From positions 64,001-128,000 of IMG/VR virus record IMGVR_UViG_3300027987_000382: a stretch of DNA of 64,000 bases; one strand, 5' to 3'. Below the pieces are notes generated by a model, which did not search any database, was not told the DNA's origin, and was given only the letters and a program-made list of their open reading frames with translations. Shown here one piece after another: positions 1 to 10,162 of this stretch (position 1 is its first letter; the number at the start of each line of letters is the position of its first letter). This DNA is from a virus. The position numbers were made by a program, and so were the translations under genes.

Positions 1-1
1 G

Positions 2-139
2 TATGGTGAGACATGGGAAATTGAAGTGACGTTGATGTGGTGCGGCCAAAACATCGTTGGTGGCCTACACTATTGTCCGAACAATCCAAAACTTCTATCG
101 GACATTCACGACCATCTCATGTATTCAGTCAACGACTGA
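2..139 (+). CDS. 3' end of a hypothetical protein (partial, starts before the window)
   Basis: Frame 2 is open from the window edge to TGA 137-139 (...LHYCPNNPKLLSDIHDHLMYSVND). Confidence 0.55.
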   Translation, partial: YGETWEIEVTLMWCGQNIVGGLHYCPNNPKLLSDIHDHLMYSVND

Positions 140-218
140 TTTGCGGTTGAGTGCGAAGGCTGCAGCTGTATTGTAGTCGCGGAGACTCCGCCCGCAGCCC
201 TGGCACGGAAGAGACGGA

Positions 219-2042
219 ATGGCAACAGAACTTGAACAGGCTCCTGTACTGCGACCGCCAGTACGCTTCAATCCAGACAAAATCGATGATCATTTCCCAA
301 TGCTCTCGTACCGAGAGGGCCAGCGGGCGGCAATCGAATTCGCCGTCAACGCCTTCAATTCTGGGAAAAGAATCGTAATCATCGAAGCCCCGACCGGCAG
401 TGGCAAGTCTGCTGTAGCCATGACCCTTGCCGATATGGTAAATGACGCTTACTATCTAACGATCACCAAAATCCTTCAAGACCAGTTGAGCGGCGATTTT
501 GGCGAAGAGTCAAGCTACCACGACCCGGTGATCGAGTTGAAAGGCCGAAACGCCTACCCGTGCACTTTCTGGAGCAGATACGGTAAGAGTTACGTCACCA
601 AGAAGTTGTGGTCACAATCCGAGCTTGACGACATGATCGACAAGCACGGTAATTGTGCTGACGGATTCTGCCGAACGAAATGGAATCAAGAACCTGGCAA
701 GAAGAAAATCCGGAAGCACAAATGTGACAAGTGCTTTCAGACTCGCGAGGAAGACCAAGCTCAATCTTGGAAGGTGAAACTCCCGGCGGGTTCATTGGAT
801 CATCTGCCGCCTGGGTTCGAGTACAGCACATGCCCGTACTATGAGCAGGTCTTCAAGGCGATCGCTAATCGCAAATGCGTAATGAATTTCTCAAGCTTTC
901 TGTTCCAGACTTCATTGACACCGCGATTTGACGTTCCTCGTAATCTGATGGTGATCGACGAGTGTCACAACGTCGAGCCAATTCTTCTCGATTTCGTTTC
1001 GTTGACAATCAACGATATGCAGTTGCAGGAACACGGGATTTTTATCCCAGAACTCGATTCGGCCGACGCGTATGCGATTTTCTTTCAAGATGCGAAGATC
1101 GAGCAGACTATCATGGAGGTTATCAAGCAGGCCCAGGTCGATGAGAAGAATAAGCTTGTGGACGAATTGTCTCGAACTCTGAAGAAGTACGAGATGTTCA
1201 TGAAGCATGTCACCACGACGGGAGCTGAATGGGTCGTCGAGTATGAGGAGAAGAATGATGGGAAAGGTGGGATTTCTCACCGATCCGTTACTTTGCGGCC
1301 TGTCTATGCGATGAGCTTCCCAGAGGAGCTTCTGTTCAAGTATGCCGACAAGGTTCTGATGTTGAGTGCGACCGTGCTCGATGTTGGCGTTATGTGTCGA
1401 TCGTTGGGTATCGATCGAGACGAGGTCGCGGCATTCAGAATGAAGAACAGGTTCCCGGTTGAAAACAGGCCGATTTATCTAGATCGTGTCGCCAAGATGA
1501 CTGGTGGCAAGGATAAGATGGGCGAGTGGATGCCAAAGGTCATCAAACGTGTCGACGAAATCGTGTCTGCTCATCCTGACGAGAAGGGGATCATTCACAC
1601 GCACAATTTCGCGATTATGGACAACATTCTGACGAAGTGTAGTCCGTCTACGAAGGCGAGATTATGCAACCAGCGTGACTTCCGCGACAAGGCTGAGATG
1701 CTTGAGTTTCATTCGCGGAATCCTGGTAATGTACTTATTGCCCCTGCGATGCATGAGGGTATTGACCTTGTTGGTGATCTGAGTCGATTTCAGATTATTT
1801 GCAAGGTTCCGTATCCGAATTGCTTTGATAATGAGCAGTTGGCTCGGCGAGTTGAGATCGACCGAAAATACTATGATTGGTTGACGGCTCTCAAACTCGT
1901 TCAGTCGTACGGACGCAGCATCCGTAGCGTTGATGATTACGCCGTCACTTACATTCTAGATGAAGCGATTGACCGCTTTCTCAAGGTGACGAAAAAGATG
2001 CTGCCGGATTGGTTCTTGGAAGCTATTCAGGATGGCGACTAA
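219..2042 (+). CDS. DinG/Rad3(XPD)-family SF2 helicase
   Basis: Q-motif YREGQ, Walker A APTGSGKS, LKGRNAYPC and CPYY Fe-S-type cysteines, DECH box, SAT motif, EGIDL, QSYGRSIRS motif VI. Confidence 0.92.
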   Translation: MATELEQAPVLRPPVRFNPDKIDDHFPMLSYREGQRAAIEFAVNAFNSGKRIVIIEAPTGSGKSAVAMTLADMVNDAYYLTITKILQDQLSGDFGEESSYHDPVIELKGRNAYPCTFWSRYGKSYVTKKLWSQSELDDMIDKHGNCADGFCRTKWNQEPGKKKIRKHKCDKCFQTREEDQAQSWKVKLPAGSLDHLPPGFEYSTCPYYEQVFKAIANRKCVMNFSSFLFQTSLTPRFDVPRNLMVIDECHNVEPILLDFVSLTINDMQLQEHGIFIPELDSADAYAIFFQDAKIEQTIMEVIKQAQVDEKNKLVDELSRTLKKYEMFMKHVTTTGAEWVVEYEEKNDGKGGISHRSVTLRPVYAMSFPEELLFKYADKVLMLSATVLDVGVMCRSLGIDRDEVAAFRMKNRFPVENRPIYLDRVAKMTGGKDKMGEWMPKVIKRVDEIVSAHPDEKGIIHTHNFAIMDNILTKCSPSTKARLCNQRDFRDKAEMLEFHSRNPGNVLIAPAMHEGIDLVGDLSRFQIICKVPYPNCFDNEQLARRVEIDRKYYDWLTALKLVQSYGRSIRSVDDYAVTYILDEAIDRFLKVTKKMLPDWFLEAIQDGD

Positions 2043-2541
2043 TCTTCACATCCATGGTCTAATTCCTGGCTGTAGAGTCGCTCTTTTCGAAATAGCTGGC
2101 GAAGAGATAAAGTCCGAAATCTTCAACGAACGGGTCTTCTGGTGGACTATCACCAAGCAGATCGAATTCAAGGGTGACGCCCTGTTGCGTGTTCGCTGTG
2201 GTAGCGTCGCCCCTTTCTTGCCGTTCGAAAGCACGCTGGTAATCGACAACGACGAAATCTCCGTCTCTGCCGTGATGGTTCGAGACAGCGTCGTTATCAC
2301 CGACGAAGCTTTACCAGCGGCGTCGAATGAATTTTGTGCCGCAATGGTAATGTGGGCCAAAGAAGCGTTCCACTCCAAGGTCCATCTACAGCACAACGAC
2401 GTCGTGATAGACGGCGTTGGTATTATAAGGTGTCAGCTTGGCGTGGTGCTAGCCATTAATCAGGCCGGTGCTCAAGTACGATACCTGTGGGAAGACCCAG
2501 CCCTCTTCGATTTGATACTGGAAGCTTTCAATGTCTCGTGA
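2032..2541 (+). CDS. hypothetical protein
   Basis: 169-aa ORF overlapping both neighbours. Confidence 0.65.
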   Translation: MATNLHIHGLIPGCRVALFEIAGEEIKSEIFNERVFWWTITKQIEFKGDALLRVRCGSVAPFLPFESTLVIDNDEISVSAVMVRDSVVITDEALPAASNEFCAAMVMWAKEAFHSKVHLQHNDVVIDGVGIIRCQLGVVLAINQAGAQVRYLWEDPALFDLILEAFNVS

Positions 2542-3004
2542 ATGTGGTGAATGCCAACTCTGCTGCGTACTCATCGGAGTTGAAGAACTCGGGAAGTATC
2601 CACACCAAGCGTGTCAACATCAGTGCGAGACCGGCTGTGCGATCCACGAATCACGGCCGCGTGAGTGCCGTACGTATCAATGCCACTGGCGTTCAGACGA
2701 GACAATCCCAGAAGAATTGCGTCCCGATAAGCTGGGATGCATCGTCGACATCCATGACACGCCGATCGGGCTCGCTGTGGTCATTCATCAGCAGCGTCCG
2801 AACCAGTGGCAAGACAGACACATCGCAGAACTACTACAGCGTTTGGCCCATCACAACAAGTGTTGGATCTATGCTATATATGGCAACGACAGGCAAGCGA
2901 TCTTCCCAGAATGGGCCAAGCAGCAGCAGCGGAAATTTGACACGATGGCAGAATCTGGGTCGATACCCGAGATGTACGGACATATTGCACATCCAGACGA
3001 GTAA
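2531..3004 (+). CDS. YkgJ/FliB-family cysteine-cluster (Fe-S/Zn) protein
   Basis: CGECQLCC...CQHQ...CAIHESRPRECRTYQC pattern. Confidence 0.8.
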   Translation: MSRECGECQLCCVLIGVEELGKYPHQACQHQCETGCAIHESRPRECRTYQCHWRSDETIPEELRPDKLGCIVDIHDTPIGLAVVIHQQRPNQWQDRHIAELLQRLAHHNKCWIYAIYGNDRQAIFPEWAKQQQRKFDTMAESGSIPEMYGHIAHPDE

Positions 3005-3009
3005 AGGTA

Positions 3010-4839
3010 ATGCTTGAACTGAAATCAGTCGCCTGGCGAAATTTCATGTCGTACGGCGACTACGAAACAGCTCTACCACTCGATTCACTTGGTCAGTGCT
3101 TAATCACTGGTGAGGTCGTCGACAACGATAAGTCCATATTCGATACAAGCTCCGATTTCCAGATTGCCAAATCAAACGGTGCTGGAAAATCGACCATCGT
3201 CAACGTGATTCAGTGGGTCTTATTCGGCAGGACAATGCATTCAGGCAGTCCTGGGGACAAAGTCGTCAATTACTTCACAGGGAAGGACTGTGTCGCCACC
3301 CTTGAATTCAAGAACGGCGATTTCATTACCAGAACCAGGAAGTCCGGCGGCCACAACGAGCTACACTTCGTCAAGGACGGTAACGAATTCAACCTGACGA
3401 GCGATACTCTGTCGACGCAGAAGAATCAGCAGAAGCAGCTCAACCGCGAGTTTGGTCTCGATTGGGAGCTTTTCTGCGGCTCCGTTTTCTTCAACCAGTA
3501 CGGCAAGCCATGGATGGAAATGGCTGAGCCAACCAGGAAGAAGGCAATCGAACGAGCACTTCACGTCGATCGATTCACCTATTACGCCAAGAACGCGAAG
3601 GGCAAATGCGAGGCACTGGACCGAAGCGTTGAAACTAAGCGGGAGCGTATTAGCACACTCTCGAGCAACATCACTCGTTACGAGGCTGATATCGAGAGAC
3701 TTATCGCGGCATCACAGAATTACGGAGCCGATCGTGACAGACGGATCACGGAAGCACTCCAGCAAGCAGTCGAGGAGAAGAAAAAGCGGGACGAGATCGA
3801 AAAGCCTGACCTTACGCAGCTGCAGGCGAAGTGGGACGTGGTCAAGAAAGTCGAACAGCAAATCGCGGCCAAAAGGGAAGCCCTCAACTCACTGACCAGA
3901 GTGATCGCCGAACTCGATGGTACAGTTAGTTCGCTCAAGAAGAAAATCAAGACTTGGGAAGACAAGACAGGTGAGATGTGCAATACCTGCGAACAGGAAG
4001 TTCCAGCAACTCATACAGCCGCCAAGATCGATCCAATCCAGAATCAACTGACTGAAGAAACTGAGAAGATAGAGGCCCAGCGGGCGGAGCTGGAGAAACT
4101 TCGCAACACCATCAAGACGGCCGAAACTCAGCTGGAACAACGTAAACCGAAGATGACAATGCGGGCTGCCAAGGACCTACATGAATCGTGGAATCGACAT
4201 GATAAAGCAATGAAGCGTCTGAAATCAGACGCTGAGAAGATTCAAAACGAAAAGAATCCTCACGAAGTGTCGATTAACAATACCCGCGAGACGATTTCGA
4301 AGGCAAGAAAGGAGATCGACAAGGTCGATAAGGAGATCGAACAAGAGACCTTCCTAAATCGCCACTATGCCTACATCTACAAAGCGTACAATGACCGCAC
4401 CAAGATCAAGAGTTTCGTTTTCCAGGATCACGTCCCGTTCATCAACAGTAGGCTCCGCCATTACCTCGACGTATTTGGACTTGATGTTCAGATAGAATTA
4501 ACTCCTGCACTCGGAATTTCGAGCAACATGTGGGGGTATGAGTTCGAGTCTGGTGGTGAGCGGAAGCGAACAGACGTCGCTTTCATGCTCGCGATGTTCG
4601 ATTTCCACGAGCAGATGTACGGTCGCCAGTGCAATCTACTTGTCCTGGATGAAGTGGATGGCCGCCTTGATGATGACGGCATCGATTCGCTGATCAACAT
4701 CATCAAGAACGATCTGGCACCGAAGGTCGAGACGATCCTTATCATCTCGCACCGAAACCTAATGCACGACACTTTCCCAAGAGAGCTGAAAGTGATCAGG
4801 ACCGATCGGTTCTCACAAATCCTCATGGATGCAGCGTGA
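3010..4839 (+). CDS. SbcC/Rad50 (T4 gp46-like) recombination nuclease ATPase subunit
   Basis: NFMSY, Walker A NGAGKST, long coiled coil with Zn-hook CNTC, signature SGGE, Walker B LLVLDE, D-loop, ISH. Confidence 0.93.
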   Translation: MLELKSVAWRNFMSYGDYETALPLDSLGQCLITGEVVDNDKSIFDTSSDFQIAKSNGAGKSTIVNVIQWVLFGRTMHSGSPGDKVVNYFTGKDCVATLEFKNGDFITRTRKSGGHNELHFVKDGNEFNLTSDTLSTQKNQQKQLNREFGLDWELFCGSVFFNQYGKPWMEMAEPTRKKAIERALHVDRFTYYAKNAKGKCEALDRSVETKRERISTLSSNITRYEADIERLIAASQNYGADRDRRITEALQQAVEEKKKRDEIEKPDLTQLQAKWDVVKKVEQQIAAKREALNSLTRVIAELDGTVSSLKKKIKTWEDKTGEMCNTCEQEVPATHTAAKIDPIQNQLTEETEKIEAQRAELEKLRNTIKTAETQLEQRKPKMTMRAAKDLHESWNRHDKAMKRLKSDAEKIQNEKNPHEVSINNTRETISKARKEIDKVDKEIEQETFLNRHYAYIYKAYNDRTKIKSFVFQDHVPFINSRLRHYLDVFGLDVQIELTPALGISSNMWGYEFESGGERKRTDVAFMLAMFDFHEQMYGRQCNLLVLDEVDGRLDDDGIDSLINIIKNDLAPKVETILIISHRNLMHDTFPRELKVIRTDRFSQILMDAA

Positions 4840-5600
4840 AGGTTCTTGTTGCGTCAGCCCACCTTCGCACTTCTCGCGGAAAGCTTTGGCGTGATCTTCA
4901 GTGGAAGTTCCTGAGCGAGAATGCCGACGTCGATTTCGATTACGCCGTCGTAGCCAATGGGACGAGTCCTCAGCTTTATGAGAACGCCAAGTTCGTTCTC
5001 CCTATGACGGACGCGACTCATCTTGCTTGTATCCGCGAAATCCTCGGTTTGTTCAGGGAGCATGAACGGTATACTCACCTGCTCTTGTTGGACAGTGACG
5101 CGTGGCCGGTTCGCCCGTGGTTTGAGATTTTGGACAGCCTGTTAGCGAGGTTCGATAATGTCTACGCGGCTCCCATGCGGGCGGAGAACTATGATGATTT
5201 CCCTCATCCTTCGGCTGTTCTCATGGCACGCAACGTTGTGGAGTGGGCTGATTTTGGTGGCAGTAATAAGTACTATAATTTATTGGGTCAGTCTGTCAAT
5301 GATGTCGGTTGTGGGATGGATCAAGGGAAGAGGTCGGGCCGTCTTTGGCTTCCTCTGATGAAAACTAACATGTGGTCGCCACACCCGTTGTTCGCATCAA
5401 TCTACGGCGATTTGTTCTATCATCATGGGGCTGGGTCGAGAGAGCCTGGGATTCGGTTGGCAGGGCTTGGAGTTTACGACCACATTCTGAAGCGGCAGGA
5501 CCACAGGAAAATATACAATAGAGTTACCAGAGAGCTGAAGCGAGACCCTGATGGCTTCATTGGAAGATTGCGTGGTCTAGATGGATTCCAGAACAGTTGA
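4836..5600 (+). CDS. putative GT-A fold glycosyltransferase-like protein
   Basis: Hydrophobic strand followed by DxD (LLLLDSDAWP), HPS and YHHG motifs. Confidence 0.5.
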   Translation: MKVLVASAHLRTSRGKLWRDLQWKFLSENADVDFDYAVVANGTSPQLYENAKFVLPMTDATHLACIREILGLFREHERYTHLLLLDSDAWPVRPWFEILDSLLARFDNVYAAPMRAENYDDFPHPSAVLMARNVVEWADFGGSNKYYNLLGQSVNDVGCGMDQGKRSGRLWLPLMKTNMWSPHPLFASIYGDLFYHHGAGSREPGIRLAGLGVYDHILKRQDHRKIYNRVTRELKRDPDGFIGRLRGLDGFQNS

Positions 5601-6129
5601 CACTCTGAAGCATGTGTCGAACACCGAAGTGATTCGGCGTTTGCTGATTAAGTATTTTGTCGACAAGGGATTCTTCGAGAGCTTCGACCGTCAACTCTAT
5701 CCTGCCGCTATGCAGGACCTCCCGTTCGTGGTTCCGGCTCTGGCCAGCAAAATTGAGGTTGTCCCCCACGCAGAAAACATCGATACGGCACTCGGCAAGG
5801 CCGTGATTGGATGGAACCTGTTCTGCCTTGGTAATCAGAGGATGTATCTCGGCGAGACACATCACAACAATCTGCAGGATTTGGCGAGGCAGATTAAGAG
5901 CGGCATGATTATGCCGGAAGGGACACAATCGTCAGCACGTCGCCAAACGACTCCGCGAAGAGTGGTTGCTTTCTTGACGCGGGTGCTTGGCGACCATCAG
6001 GCTGGCTACGTGGATCTTGCTCCGATCACTAGGCCGGTTTCCCAGCCGGGCGATGTCTACGGTGCCCGTCGCAATGCGATGAGTGGTATGCCGCAGCAGT
6101 TCTTCACCCGGTCTGGTTACGGCACCTAG
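5581..6129 (+). CDS. hypothetical protein
   Basis: 182-aa ORF; its stop overlaps the stop of the convergent gene (CTAG 6126-6129). Confidence 0.7.
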   Translation: MDSRTVDTLKHVSNTEVIRRLLIKYFVDKGFFESFDRQLYPAAMQDLPFVVPALASKIEVVPHAENIDTALGKAVIGWNLFCLGNQRMYLGETHHNNLQDLARQIKSGMIMPEGTQSSARRQTTPRRVVAFLTRVLGDHQAGYVDLAPITRPVSQPGDVYGARRNAMSGMPQQFFTRSGYGT

Positions 6130-7484
6130 TTCTTGGGCACCAGTCCGTGGGCGAGGCACACGGTCCTGATGTTCTCCATGTAGATGTTCACTGACCGGGT
6201 CGTAATCCCGAGAAACATCGCGATGTGATTCTTCTTCGGTCGGTCGTCACCAAATCGTTCTGAAAACTCGTCGTAGACATCGCCGATGCCGCATTGGATG
6301 TCGAAGATCTTTTGACAGTCACCTTCTGGCAGCGACTCTCGTACAGCGATCATCACGTCCGTGGCATCGATTGTTGCGATGTGATCGTCCTGGTCCATTT
6401 TCTGTGCTCCAACGGTCCTGAACGAGAGCTGGCTGATCGTGAAGCTGTCACTTTCATCATCGCTCCCGCTCTTGGTGTGGTTATCGAGAACCAGGACGTG
6501 TTCCGGCTTGGAGACGTACGCTTCTAGGTCTCCGGCATCCGCGTTTTCAACGACCTGAATCTCTGACGGATTGCAGAGGACTTCAATCCCAAGTCCTGTT
6601 GCTTTCTTCCGCAATACGGCAAGCTCGGCCGTGAGTTCAGGCGGTGTGAGGAGACCGACAACGTTGATGGTGTATCGTCCATTGGACGGGTTGTCAACGT
6701 GCGAGTAGTTGAAGTCACATTTGAGGCGTGACAGCTGACCGATGATCTCTTCCGTGATCACCTTGTCGGCACGTCCGACGATTTTCTGTGGCTCCTTGCG
6801 GTGCTCTTTTCGGACGTTCTCTGCAAGTTGCTGGCGGAAGTAGTTCCAGACGAATTCGCCGAAGAATTTGACGAGCTGGGTGTCGTCATTGATGATGTCG
6901 TTCGGGTTTTCGTACTTCTTCTCGCCTGGAATCCAGTCGATGGGCGATTCGCACTTTGGTGCTCGCTTCGTCTGGTCGAAGTATTTGTAGCTGTCCTGGA
7001 AGACGTCGAAGGTGACGTAGCTGCCGACTTCGAGGTCGGTGTCACCGGCGTCTGTCACGCGGACTTGCTTACAGTTGGGGCATTTGTCCGCTTGGCGGTT
7101 GATCTCGCGTGGGACGCCCTGTTGCGTGATCCAGGTGTCGGAGCCGCAAGCTCGGCAGTGGAAGGTGTACTTGCGGTGGTAGAATAGCTCGACGGTCCCC
7201 TTCCAGACCGCGATTTGGTACTCGATGTCGCCGCACTTCTTGTCGCTGGCGTAGTCGGCACCGATTGTGTTACCAAGCTCTTCGATGACACCTGCTCGGT
7301 GTCTGGCCATTCCAGGATGGGTGGCGACGTACTCCACGATGCTTTCGACGTGGAGCTTTTCATCTTCGGTCAGGTTCGCCATCGTTACATTGGCGAGTGA
7401 ACCCCTGAGATAGAGTTCGGGCATTTGGCGTACGAGGGCCATGAATTCCTCCGGTTGGGATAGTACGTCCTTGAAACGTTGCAC
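6126..7484 (-). CDS. sigma70-like transcription factor with Zn-ribbon insertion (putative)
   Basis: C-terminal region-4-like HTH (SLPEGDCQKIFDIQCGIG...KNHIAMFLGITTRSVNIYMENIR); region-2-like segments flank CRAC/CPNC pairs. Confidence 0.5.
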   Translation of the reverse strand: MQRFKDVLSQPEEFMALVRQMPELYLRGSLANVTMANLTEDEKLHVESIVEYVATHPGMARHRAGVIEELGNTIGADYASDKKCGDIEYQIAVWKGTVELFYHRKYTFHCRACGSDTWITQQGVPREINRQADKCPNCKQVRVTDAGDTDLEVGSYVTFDVFQDSYKYFDQTKRAPKCESPIDWIPGEKKYENPNDIINDDTQLVKFFGEFVWNYFRQQLAENVRKEHRKEPQKIVGRADKVITEEIIGQLSRLKCDFNYSHVDNPSNGRYTINVVGLLTPPELTAELAVLRKKATGLGIEVLCNPSEIQVVENADAGDLEAYVSKPEHVLVLDNHTKSGSDDESDSFTISQLSFRTVGAQKMDQDDHIATIDATDVMIAVRESLPEGDCQKIFDIQCGIGDVYDEFSERFGDDRPKKNHIAMFLGITTRSVNIYMENIRTVCLAHGLVPKN

Positions 7485-7570
7485 ATGTTGTAGTAATTAG
7501 TAGCACGTCCCGCGAATACATCCGTATTTGGGGGAGTACCTTCCGGTCGTCTTGTTACAAGGGGAACACG

Positions 7571-8350
7571 ATGAGTCAATATTGCGACAGCAAGGTTTTG
7601 GAACAGAACTGGTTCAACTGGCTGCTGTCTTCGTCCGTTCCGGAACTCGAGCCGTTCCGTAAGGCGGGAGTTTTGTGGACGAAAGTCGTGGGCACTGTTA
7701 GGCGGGATGACGGGACGGAAATCCTCCGTCACGGAGTGCCCTTGGCAGATCCATCGTACCCTACCAGAGCCCATTGCATTGCTTTGGGGCATCCGGTGTA
7801 CTTGAACAGTTACAATGGTGTTCCGCAGTCTGCTGGTACTGTCTTCATCGCCGGGGAGCCGACCCCCGTTACCTTGTTCGATCTCGTCAGCGAGCTGCAT
7901 CTCCTTTCGGACGCGTGGTTTCACAACCTCGGGAATCCACTGAGTCAACATGAGACCCTCCCGCACATCGAGGTCAATGGGTATATTCGGGAGGTGCCAG
8001 AAGAGGTATCTTGGCACGCGATCCTGGGCGACATCGACAAGATCTGCCAGGGGATCGCGATGAAGTTCAAGCAGCCGTCAGAAGAGGAGAGATTGGACTT
8101 GGCGAATGAAGCCCTACTCCAGGTCACCAACAAGCTTGTCAATCGCAAGCTTGTGTACACTCCGGGTAAGGCACCAGTCTTCAATCTTCTCACAACGACG
8201 ATCCACCGCTGTATGTATTCGATTATGAATCGGCGGACCAACAGAAGGCAGGGTCAAGCCAAGCTGCTAGAAGATGCCCAAGCAGGCATCCTGCCAGACT
8301 CACAACGGTCATTACGCACGCCGACGCGACGAACCATTAGATCACACTGA
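7571..8350 (+). CDS. T4 gp55-like (late) RNA polymerase sigma factor (putative)
   Basis: YCDSKVLE N-terminus and KICQGIA...DLANEALL...YTPGKAPVFNLLTTTIHRCMYSIM resemble the gp55/region-2 pattern; no region 4; GGGG RBS. Confidence 0.55.
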   Translation: MSQYCDSKVLEQNWFNWLLSSSVPELEPFRKAGVLWTKVVGTVRRDDGTEILRHGVPLADPSYPTRAHCIALGHPVYLNSYNGVPQSAGTVFIAGEPTPVTLFDLVSELHLLSDAWFHNLGNPLSQHETLPHIEVNGYIREVPEEVSWHAILGDIDKICQGIAMKFKQPSEEERLDLANEALLQVTNKLVNRKLVYTPGKAPVFNLLTTTIHRCMYSIMNRRTNRRQGQAKLLEDAQAGILPDSQRSLRTPTRRTIRSH

Positions 8351-8497
8351 AGGTTTCGTGTCAATACCGGATACAGAGCGTGCCATCTCCTTCAAATACA
8401 TCCGGAGTGTTTCTCTCGAACAACGTTGATCCCCTCTCGATGCTAGCACGTATTTGTACGTTAGGGAGCGAGATCACAAGTAAGCGAGATTCCTCCA

Positions 8498-8755
8498 ATG
8501 ACAGATCGAGCACCCACGGAGGGACAGCCACCAGCTGCGGTGAAAGAACTTCTGGCAGACCACCAGGAAGTCTTGGTCGTATTGCTTGACCCAGACACTA
8601 CCACTGAAGGCGAATCTACAATAGCATGTTTCATGAAGCTCGAAGAGAAAAGCCGATTGTCAGCTTACCTCCAAAAGCTTCTGCAGCAGTTATTGAAGAC
8701 AAGCAGTGCCAAATCAGGTGGTCACATCGCGACTCAAACCACAATTAGTCCGTAA
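8498..8755 (+). CDS. hypothetical protein
   Basis: 85-aa ORF downstream of a GTATT-containing intergenic region. Confidence 0.45.
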   Translation: MTDRAPTEGQPPAAVKELLADHQEVLVVLLDPDTTTEGESTIACFMKLEEKSRLSAYLQKLLQQLLKTSSAKSGGHIATQTTISP

Positions 8756-9689
8756 AAGGACTATCGTTCGAGTCCCCCCGACAGTTAAAGTTGTTGTCAA
8801 GAGCGTCGCCGGGGAGCCAAAAGTCGCAAGACCGGATCAGATCAAGCAATTGAAGCAGATCCGTATCCGCTCCAACAGTGCACAACAGCAAGCCTCCCCA
8901 CCGCCACAACAACGAGCAGTCCCACCACCGTCGAACGCCGTAGTTCAAGGCAGAAACAGACGAGGTATCAGGCGTGCGACTAAGGTCAAGTACATCACAC
9001 GTGGTGTCTCGCCAGAGTCAATCGCCAAAATAAACGCTCTCAGGAACGCCGGACGCGGGAAAATCCTGATCATAGTCGGAAACGGACCATCCATTAGCGA
9101 AGCACCTCTAGATAAGCTCCGCAATATCCGTAACATCGACACTCTTTCTATCAACAAGCCCGACGACCGGCTTTGGCCGACTTCTCACTGGGCATTCTTC
9201 GACGGTTCGCAAATGCGGAGACACGAAGCATTGTGGACCAGCTACGGTGGCTACATCTTTAATAGCACGGCCATCAAAAGGCAAAAAGAGAAGTCGATGC
9301 AATTCAAGAATCTTGGCGGGCACGGCTTCAGTCGCGACATGTCAAAGGGGCTTCACATCGGACGTTCCTCGGTTTACGCCTCTATGCAGATTGCTCTTTG
9401 GATGGCATACGAGCACATCTACATTTTCGGTTGCGACATGAACCCAGCAGGGCTGAACGGCAAACTACACTTCTACGGAGTGAATCCTGACGTCGATCCA
9501 CACAATCGTGCTGAACGATTCCAAAAGGAAGCTGAACACTACGATACGGCTGCCAAAGCACTTTCTCCAGAAGAGCGTGCGAAATTCACGTTCTGCACGG
9601 AGTACAACCCTTGGCAGTTCGTCGATTCGTTCAACAAGATGAGCCACAAGGATGTCAGTAAGATTCTGGAACACGCTGCGAAGCTGTAG
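8706..9689 (+). CDS. Maf/DUF115-like (CstII-related) glycosyltransferase with basic N-terminal extension
   Basis: IIVGNGPS, SSVYASMQIA, IYIFGCD and HFYG motifs; first ~110 aa are R/K/V/P/Q-rich. Confidence 0.7.
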   Translation: MPNQVVTSRLKPQLVRKRTIVRVPPTVKVVVKSVAGEPKVARPDQIKQLKQIRIRSNSAQQQASPPPQQRAVPPPSNAVVQGRNRRGIRRATKVKYITRGVSPESIAKINALRNAGRGKILIIVGNGPSISEAPLDKLRNIRNIDTLSINKPDDRLWPTSHWAFFDGSQMRRHEALWTSYGGYIFNSTAIKRQKEKSMQFKNLGGHGFSRDMSKGLHIGRSSVYASMQIALWMAYEHIYIFGCDMNPAGLNGKLHFYGVNPDVDPHNRAERFQKEAEHYDTAAKALSPEERAKFTFCTEYNPWQFVDSFNKMSHKDVSKILEHAAKL

Positions 9690-9699
9690 AACTACAGTC

Positions 9700-9727
9700 G
9701 CAACAATGCTCCGAGTTGTTGTATTGA
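9700..9727 (+). promoter_or_regulatory. bipartite promoter candidate GCAACAAT-N13-GTATTGA
   Basis: Both boxes and their spacing are identical to 39321-39348; intergenic, just upstream of ATG 9734. Confidence 0.6.
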
Positions 9728-9733
9728 AGTAGC

Positions 9734-10162
9734 ATGCGTGGTAGAATATATGTGGGCACTAGCCTTCGCAACGCGAAGAGAGCAAATGAGCTTCAACAGC
9801 GTTTCAGAGACGCTGGTTGCGAGATAACGTACGATTGGACTACGCACGGACAAGTATATACTGATGCGGAGCTAGAGGAGTTTGGAGTCGAAGAAGAACG
9901 CGGGGTTGAATCAGCCGACGTGTTCTTTATGGTGTTCCCGGCTCGTAACGGCTCGCATTGTGAGCTTGGTTTGGCACGAGGTTTTGGGGTAAAAATCGTC
10001 TTGTTGATCGAAGAAGAGCACGAGAAGAAGACGTTCTACTACTTACCGAAAATCGCGAACAGACCAGAGGTTTCGCGTTTCACCAACGAGGACGAAGCCG
10101 TTCAATTTACTCTTGATTTCCTGGATACCAAATATGAGCGGTGCAATTCTCAACCGGCTTGA
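9734..10162 (+). CDS. nucleoside 2'-deoxyribosyltransferase / nucleotide N-glycosidase family protein
   Basis: RIYVG, YDWT, ADVF, GSHCELGLA (putative nucleophile Glu). Confidence 0.75.
   Translation: MRGRIYVGTSLRNAKRANELQQRFRDAGCEITYDWTTHGQVYTDAELEEFGVEEERGVESADVFFMVFPARNGSHCELGLARGFGVKIVLLIEEEHEKKTFYYLPKIANRPEVSRFTNEDEAVQFTLDFLDTKYERCNSQPA

Noticed and set aside
121-125. GTATT promoter-like box
   Set aside because: It lies inside the upstream partial CDS and is likely chance.
8351-8497. tRNA or ncRNA in the intergenic gap
   Set aside because: Only short inverted repeats (CCGGAT/ATCCGG); no cloverleaf or T-loop consensus.
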